A stretch of DNA of 33,771 bases, from NCBI GenBank assembly GCA_049516275.1, contig JBEKTG010000001.1, positions 1-33,771 on the forward strand. Direction: 5' to 3'. Below are positions 18,301-22,700 of this stretch, in pieces. A model generated the notes under the pieces. It worked only from the letters and a program-made list of their open reading frames with translations. It searched no databases and was not told where the DNA came from. The position numbers and the translations under genes are program-made. The DNA is from Candidatus Acidiferrales bacterium (GTDB lineage Bacteria; Acidobacteriota; Terriglobia; Acidiferrales; UBA7541). The stretch's first letter is position 1, and the number at the start of each line of letters is the position of its first letter.

Positions 18301-19274
18301 ACTGGGATACATATCTCGGAGGGCGTGCGGAAACGGTCGCCTTGCAGGACGCGAGCAGCGGCACGGTGCTGGACTCGCGGGCGATTTCCGCATTTACAAA
18401 TGGGATTTATCTGGTGTGGAACGTTTCCGGGCACGTGAAGATCGTGGTCACCAACAGTAAGAGCGGAAACGCCGTGGTGAGCGGAATATTCTTCGGGGCG
18501 GCGCCGCAGACGGCTCCTTCGTTCACAAGCGCTCCGGCGGCGGCGTTCACGATCGGATCGCTGGGAACATTTAACGTCACGGCGGCGGGCAATCCAGCGC
18601 CCTCGATCACCGAGAGCGGAACGCCGCCCAGTTGGTTGAACTTTAACCCGACTACGGGCGCGCTGAGCGGAACGCCGCCGAGCGGAACCAACGGGATGTA
18701 CACTCTGATGTTCAGCGCGAGCAACGGCGTCGGAGCGAATGCTTCGCAGACGTTCACTTTGACGGTGAACTTGGCCCCGGCGGGCGCCACGGCAAGCTTC
18801 CAGGGAACCGACACAGCGACGCAGGGGAACTGGCAGGGCAAGTATGGCGGAACTGGGTACTCGCTGGCGAACGGGCCGCAGAGCCTTCCGAGCTTCGATC
18901 CTACTTTTTCGGTTTCGGGCGGGTCGAACTACACTTGGGCGTCGGGCACGGCCGATGTGCGGGCGCTGCAGGACGGGTCGGGAAGGCTGGCGGCGACCTG
19001 GTTTAGCGCGACCAACTTTAGCTTCGACATAAACCTCACGGATGCCAACACGCACCAGGTGGCTCTGTACGCGCTGGATTGGGACAACTACCTCGGCGGC
19101 CGGGCCGAGGTGGTGCAGGTGATGGACGCGAACAGCGGAGCCACGCTGGACACCGAATCGATCTCCGCATTTACCAACGGAATTTACCTCGTATGGAATG
19201 TCTCGGGGCACATCAAGATCGTGGTTACGGTGAGCAGGGGAAACGCCGTGATCAGCGGCGTCTTCTTCAAATAA
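12378..19274 (+). CDS. Giant secreted multidomain protein 1 (about 2290 aa). Order: signal peptide, beta-propeller-like head, beta-sandwich, 2x Big_2, right-handed beta-helix, Big_2, then [A module / Ig-like spacer] x4
   Basis: Single uninterrupted 6.9-kb frame. Signal peptide KILRLWVHLSLAAVWFFLCCTFASA/QTQ. The track start is GTG 12378 and the first ATG is 12408. Domain order was read directly from the translation (see the sub-features). The protein ends with an A-module copy (NAVISGVFFK-stop). Confidence 0.93.
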   Translation: MVPQACNAKFMLLSGGIVISASAGCGFAGQTKILRLWVHLSLAAVWFFLCCTFASAQTQPVQSYDLNTYVPTLEGQWEGIRYASDGNVYFASSTQDAHHGAAFFKFNPNTNQLTVLAPDITVICGEDPYTNPQGKIHSDIVEANGWLYFSTHFASDLPGAYTTWTGSHLIGYQLSTGNFRDFGVIYPNYDSYSAVGVDPVRNYIYVFVTGESAGQVSYIFRFDAATGAKTNLGQVGGEFAACLWMFVDQRGDAWFSPQYGNGVLYRVEGATGNIDVYQNELPPNYLWNENEIDPSSSDQAGRYIQWMQPLDGNRAVFSLGGGMLYMFDSSKVIGSGLEFTNIQWIGYNYIGMAVGNNRVFWYQRANNGYGHQGDDAPPGTPVADFHLMSVSLDPATGYAITDHGLIQDQNGRLVWRVPSMMTDGHSRVFMTGDWWLNPGDVGTLQYTYTNGVESYVPLDRGEFFAMASHVIQDTLTIQSTPVAGAPITGTVTQNTNASIQLDDGTAVTLTAPATFTSGSKVYSFGNWQLNGVAQVGNTISFQLNANATAIAVYTYSRTSTVAVTPPSTTLYQGQTQQFAATVQNVPNQPVTWSLSPNVGTLSTSGSYAAPVAITAAQVVVVTATSTADSTQSATALMQLEPPVSVSVAPATATLGRYQPQQFTAAVQNSTNQSVAWTISPATGTISSTGVYLAPSTIASQTTVTVTATSVMDPTKFTASVVTLVPSADHYVSPTGTPAGDGSMGNPWDLQTALNQPSSVAPGDIIWLLAGTYKGNFVSLLNGTATAPIIVRNFSGQRATLDGSGCGLLVLTVNGTYSWFWGLEVQDSADDRIGLGACPAFGVGVYGGPGDQFINMVVHDTGEGFSAYNASPSSEFYGNIVYYNGFVGPTRNMGHGMYFQNSTGTKVVANNFVGDNAFEGIQIYGSGTASIVGFNVTGNTLYDTDSWPTPNYQYNLIIAGGAERQNIQVENNYSYFPSTATTGYVNVGQYTPGLDATITNNVFAGGYSGFSMDGQTGPVVFTGNVVSTNPASPATVGIGLFSGQNFADYVWNNNTYYGGDVFSTAGYDGNNFSGIQYLTFQGWQSSTGFDSNSTFTPSAPTGSWVYVQPNNYEPKRANITAYNWNSAASVSASLSGILSPGDQYVIQDAQNFYGPPVAGGIYAGGLTTIPMVGLPKAAPLGFPAPAHTAPQFGTFVVMTTTSLSPVGLSPVVVTLHQGQSQTFTAVVLNSPGQAVNWSISPQVGSISSAGVYAAPAAVATTQVVTLTATSTADSTKFGTATITLVSTANVAFVGTDALTKGNWQNVYGANGYSLANGPQSLPPYDSAFTVQGQSNYTWTSNTTDVRALQNGAMRLAAAWYSATTFSFDVNLTDGNTHQISLYALDWDNYGGGRTEKVQVIDVGTNTVLDTRTISAFNNGIYLVWNISGHVKILVTNTGSNAVLSAVFFDPVSTGKITPTITWTTPAPIAQGIALSATQLDAVATVSGTSIAGTFAYNPAAGAVLGSGTQTLSVTFNPSDTTDYQAASATVTLTVNPGAPSAQASFVGSDTTTQGSWRVKYGADGFAIANDSQSLPSYDPTFAPAGQSNYTWASSTTDPRALQNGANTGRIAATWFSTSSFSCDVNLTDGKTHQVALYAVDWDNYGGRAENVQILDAGTGTSLDQRSISQFVNGVYLIWSISGHVKINVVLTGGGNAVVSGVFWGGASTTQITPTLSWAAPAAITYGAALSGTQLNAAASYGGAGVPGSYVYTPAAGAVLGAGSQTLSVTFTPTDNVTYKPVSTTASLVVNQAVPVISWATPAPITQGTALSGTQLDATETANGSAIAGSFVYTPALGAVLGSGSQTLSVTFTPSDTMDYKPASATVMIAVNAAVSVSAQASFVGFDTATQGTWKGKYGTDGDSIANDSQSLPGYAAFSMLNQSNYTWLPSSTDPRALQMGSGTGRIAATWFSASSFTFDVNLTDGGTHQIALYALDWDTYLGGRAETVALQDASSGTVLDSRAISAFTNGIYLVWNVSGHVKIVVTNSKSGNAVVSGIFFGAAPQTAPSFTSAPAAAFTIGSLGTFNVTAAGNPAPSITESGTPPSWLNFNPTTGALSGTPPSGTNGMYTLMFSASNGVGANASQTFTLTVNLAPAGATASFQGTDTATQGNWQGKYGGTGYSLANGPQSLPSFDPTFSVSGGSNYTWASGTADVRALQDGSGRLAATWFSATNFSFDINLTDANTHQVALYALDWDNYLGGRAEVVQVMDANSGATLDTESISAFTNGIYLVWNVSGHIKIVVTVSRGNAVISGVFFK
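12546..13787 (+). other. Domain: beta-propeller-like head of giant protein 1
   Basis: Repeated blade-like strands: DGNVYFASS, NGWLYFSTHF, NYIYVFVTGE, YIFRFDAATG, GVLYRVEGATG, GMLYMFDSS, NRVFWYQRA, SRVFMTGDWW. No specific family was recognised. Confidence 0.5.
14043..14555 (+). repeat. Two tandem Big_2-like (bacterial Ig-like group 2) domains
   Basis: VAVTPPSTTLYQGQTQQFAATVQNVPNQPVTWSLSPNVGTLSTSGSYAAP...VTATS, and VSVAPATATLGRYQPQQFTAAVQNSTNQSVAWTISPATGTISSTGVYLAP...VTATS. Confidence 0.8.
14556..15975 (+). other. Domain: right-handed parallel beta-helix (pectate-lyase fold) with C-terminal beta-sandwich
   Basis: Typical opening HYVSPTGTPAGDGSMGNPWDLQTALN...VAPGDIIWLLAGTYKG. Coil repeats follow: INMVVHDTGEG, GNIVYYNG, ANNFVGDN, TGNTLYD, VENNYSY, ITNNVFAGG, FTGNVVS, WNNNTYYG. 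Confidence 0.8.
15999..16232 (+). repeat. Big_2-like domain
   Basis: SPVVVTLHQGQSQTFTAVVLNSPGQAVNWSISPQVGSISSAGVYAAPAAVATTQVVTLTATSTADSTKFGTATITLVS. Confidence 0.8.
16233..16721 (+). repeat. A-module copy 1 (163 aa, unassigned Trp-rich module)
   Basis: TANVAFVGTDALTKGNWQNVYGANGYS...QSNYTWTSNTTDVRALQ...AAAWYSATTFSFDVNLTDGNTHQISLYALDWDNYGGGRTE...GIYLVWNISGHVKILV...NAVLSAVFFD. Confidence 0.9.
16740..16982 (+). repeat. MBG/YG-type Ig-like repeat (1 copy, 81 aa)
   Basis: ITPTITWTTPAPIAQGIALSATQLDAVATVSGTSIAGTFAYNPAAGAVLGSGTQTLSVTFNPSDTTDYQAASATVTLTVNP. Confidence 0.75.
16992..17486 (+). repeat. A-module copy 2 (165 aa)
   Basis: SAQASFVGSDTTTQGSWRVKYGADGFA...QSNYTWASSTTDPRALQ...RIAATWFSTSSFSCDVNLTDGKTHQVALYAVDWDNYGGRAE...GVYLIWSISGHVKINV...GNAVVSGVFWG. 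Confidence 0.9.
17505..17987 (+). repeat. MBG/YG-type Ig-like repeats (2 copies)
   Basis: ITPTLSWAAPAAITYGAALSGTQLNAAASYGGAGVPGSYVYTPAAGAVLGAGSQTLSVTFTPTDNVTYKP..., and AVPVISWATPAPITQGTALSGTQLDATETANGSAIAGSFVYTPALGAVLGSGSQTLSVTFTPSDTMDYKP... Confidence 0.75.
18003..18497 (+). repeat. A-module copy 3 (165 aa)
   Basis: SAQASFVGFDTATQGTWKGKYGTDGDS...QSNYTWLPSSTDPRALQ...RIAATWFSASSFTFDVNLTDGGTHQIALYALDWDTYLGGRAE...GIYLVWNVSGHVKIVV...GNAVVSGIFFG. Confidence 0.9.
18513..18770 (+). other. Domain: putative Ig domain (He_PIG / dystroglycan-type cadherin-like)
   Basis: APSFTSAPAAAFTIGSLGTFNVTAAGNPAPSITESGTPPSWLNFNPTTGALSGTPPSGTNGMYTLMFSASNGVGANASQTFTLTVN. The LPxGLxxNxxTGxxSGTP pattern is characteristic of this domain. 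Confidence 0.75.
18783..19271 (+). repeat. A-module copy 4 (163 aa); forms the C-terminus of giant protein 1
   Basis: GATASFQGTDTATQGNWQGKYGGTGYS...GSNYTWASGTADVRALQ...RLAATWFSATNFSFDINLTDANTHQVALYALDWDNYLGGRAE...GIYLVWNVSGHIKIVV...GNAVISGVFFK-stop. Confidence 0.9.
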
Positions 19275-19701
19275 TTCAGCTGAAACTTGGCGGGAACGGG
19301 CGCTTTTAGGCAGCCATCTTGAGTGCGCGGATGGTGTTAGTGTGTCGGGTAGCGAGTACACCGGCTGTTTGTTTTGTTTTGCTTACGCTTGGTTTTACCT
19401 GATACCCCTGCTGTCCAAGTTGGGCTCACCAAGAAAATCGCCTCTCAACGCAAATCGTCGCAGAGTTCCACCGCCTCTCAAAAGCCAATTTGGACAAGAG
19501 CGAATGTTGCTGCATTACGCAAACGTCGATGGGTTGTCCTTGCTTTCTTGGTTGGGAGGCCTTAGTAAGGTTTCGTGGCACAGAGATGATTTTAGTTCCG
19601 CGATGAAGGGCCGGCACCGCGCCTTTTCCCCTCCGTGGGTGTCCGGTTATGAATGGGCAAGATCTAGAAACCTGCGAGACACATGGAGCGAAAAGTCTGT
19701 G

Positions 19702-22700
19702 ATGAGCGATCCATTTCGGGTGCTTCGCGGCGGCTGGCTCTGCATCTTGTTGATGATGGGGGCGGCTAACCTCAACGCTCAATCCGGAGGGCAGGTTCTC
19801 TATAATGGCATCGCCCTCCCCCAGCAATGGCCGCCGGTGGGAGGGCCGAGCCAGAATTACAATGTTCCTTCCTATATCACCAATCCTCCTGCCGTCATTC
19901 CCATAAATACCGGACGCCAACTGTTCGTCGATGACTTCCTAATTCAATCGACCACGTTGACGCGGACGCAGCACCAGCCGCTGATGTATCCCGGCAACCC
20001 TATCCTGACCCCGGGTTCTTCGGATACGACGGGGAACGCATTCCCTTATAGCGATGGCGTCTGGTTCGATCCAGCCACGGACCAGTTCAGGATGTGGTTC
20101 TACTGTGGAGCGGGAAACATGGTTTGTTATGCCTACTCCACAGATGGCAAGAGCTGGATTAAGCCTGCCCTGGCAAACGCGGTAACTCCCAATACGGATC
20201 AAGTGCTGGAAATTTCCCCGGCGCGCGACTCCGGCACCGTGTGGATGGACCTGGCCGACCCGAATCCGGCGCGGAAATTCAAGGCATTCATCTTCAATGG
20301 GTACGGAATCGTTGTGTACTTCTCGCCGGACGGGATCAGCTGGACTCAGCAGAGCCAGTCCCAGTATCCCGTCGGTGTGATCGACGATCGGACCACACTG
20401 TTCTGGAATCCGTTCCGGAATGTGTGGGTTGATAGCATAAAAAACTATCTTCCTCTCCCGGCTTCGGGGAGCCGTCCTGGCTACACCAGCCGCGTGCGCT
20501 ATTATGCGGAAAGTCCGGATCTGACGACCTGGACGCCCGCAGATTTTACCGACAGCTTCTGGACCGGGCCGGACGTGAACGATCCGCCATACGTCACCGG
20601 AGGACTGTACCCGCAGCTCTACAACCTGGACGCGGTCGCTTATGAAAGCGTGATCGTCGGGCTGTTCAGCTGGTATTACCCAGGACCGGCATACCCCTCC
20701 GACGATCCGAGCGGGTTGCCGGGGCCGGCGCTGGTGGAACTGGGAGCCGGGTTCAGCCGCGACGGATTTCAGTGGGTGCGTCCGACGCGGGGCAGTGGAC
20801 CCAGCAACGCCTTCATTCCGGCGTCGAACCTGTCGGGAACCTGGAACATGGGCGATACGCAGTCGGCGGGCGGGGGGTTCCTCGTCGTGGGCGATGAGCT
20901 GTGGTTCTATTTCAGTGGACGCAACGGCCCGCACGGCGTTAGTACCGTCGGGGCGACCGGTCTGGCGACATTGAGGCGCGACGGCTTTTACTCGATGGAT
21001 GCGGGTTCGACGCAGGCCGAGTTGACCACGCGTCCTGTGCAGTTCGCCGGCAACTACATGTTCGTCAATGTGAACGATCCCAGCGGTCAACTGCTGGTGG
21101 AAGTCACCGACACCAGTGGCAACGTGATCGCGCCTTACTCGAAGGCTAATTGCGTTCCGCTGAGCGTTAACAAAACGCTCCAGCAGGTTAACTGGAATGG
21201 CGCCACCGATCTTTCGAGTTTGGCGGGCCAGTCGGTGCGGTTCAATTTCTACCTCACGTCCGGAAGTCTGTACTCGTTCTGGGTGACTTCGAGCCTGTCC
21301 GGCGCGAGCAATGGATACGTTGCCGCGAATGGCCCCGGCTTTACCGGCCCGACGGATAATCAAGGCAGCGCTGCGTATCCCACCACCGTTGCCACGCCGG
21401 AGATCATTCCAGCCGGCGCGTTATTCAACAATTCCACCACCGTCACCCTTTACACCGGAACAGCGGGAGCTACCATCAACTACACGCTCGATGGTAGCCC
21501 CCCCACGGCGCTATCGCCGGTCTATACGGCGCCGTTTTCGTTGACGGCCAGCGCTACAGTCAAAGCCGTGGCCTCGGCTGCTCATATGACGACCAGTGCT
21601 ACCGCTTCGGCGGCCTTCACCAGGAATAACACCCCTCCCACTATTTCGCTCACATCCCCCGCGAATGGCCAGAGCTTGTTCGGAGCCATCACGCTATCGG
21701 CGAGTGCATCGGACGTGTTGGGAATTGCAAGCGTGCAGTTTCTCGTCGATGGAGTTTCCGTAGGAACCGTCGCCAGCGCGCCCTACACCCTGGCATTCGA
21801 TACCGCCACGTTGGCCAACACGACTCACCAGATCACTGCTGTCGCGGTTGACACGGCGGGCAACCCGGCAACTTCCAGCCCCGTGACAGTGACATTTAAC
21901 AATGTGGTCAGCGGACCGACCAGCGGGTTGGTAGGTTACTGGAGCTTCGACTCCGCCTATACGATCGGCTCGACCGTGTTCGACCAGTCCGGCAACAGCG
22001 GCAACGCTACAGCCTACTCGACTACATCCGTGCCCGGCGAAGTAGGGCAGGCACTGCAGTTCAACGGTTCCTCCAGCTATGCGCAAGTTGTTACCGGTTC
22101 CCAGGCATACGATCTTCTGAGTAATTTGAGCCTGTCTCTATGGGTACAAACCACCAATGCGAGCCGCGACGAAGCGCTGGTCAGCAAATATTCAGCGGCA
22201 GGATCGGGGTATGGCTACCTGTTGCGAACCACACCGGCCGGAACGGCGGAGCTTCTGGTTGGCGGCGCCAACGTGATATCCGGACCCGAAGTTGCTACGG
22301 ATGTGACGAAAATCAATGATGGCAACTGGCATCACCTTGCAGTCGTAATTCAATTGGGAACCAGTGTGACCTTTTATGTGGATGGCGTGCTGAGTTCAAT
22401 CGTGACCATGAATTCCGGGGCCGGCGCGGCCGCCACGTGGTTTCAGATGGGCTTGAACCCATGGTCTCCCTTCGGCACTTTCTTTACCGGCAGCATGGAC
22501 GAGGTGCGGGTTTACAACCGCGCTCTGTCCGCCAGCGACGTGCTTGCTTTGGCCGGGCCGGTGGTCGTGTCGCCCCGAAGCGCGACGCTGGTCCAGGGCC
22601 AGACCCAGCAATTCACAGCAATCGTAAAGGGCGTAACAAACCAGTCTGTGAACTGGTCCATGAGCGGGACAACGGGAAGCGTTTCGTCCGCGGGGCTTTA

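Noticed and set aside
19576-19590. TGGCAC upstream of giant gene 2 as a sigma-54 -24 element
   Set aside because: The required -12 TTGC at the correct spacing is absent (TGGCAC-agaga-TGAT), and no enhancer-binding protein gene is nearby.
19342-19701. 120-codon N-terminal extension of giant gene 2 (GTG 19342)
   Set aside because: A canonical signal peptide (MSDPFRVLRGGWLCILLMMGAANLNA) starts at ATG 19702 with GGAG upstream. The extension is AT-richer, compositionally unlike the gene, and would bury the signal peptide.
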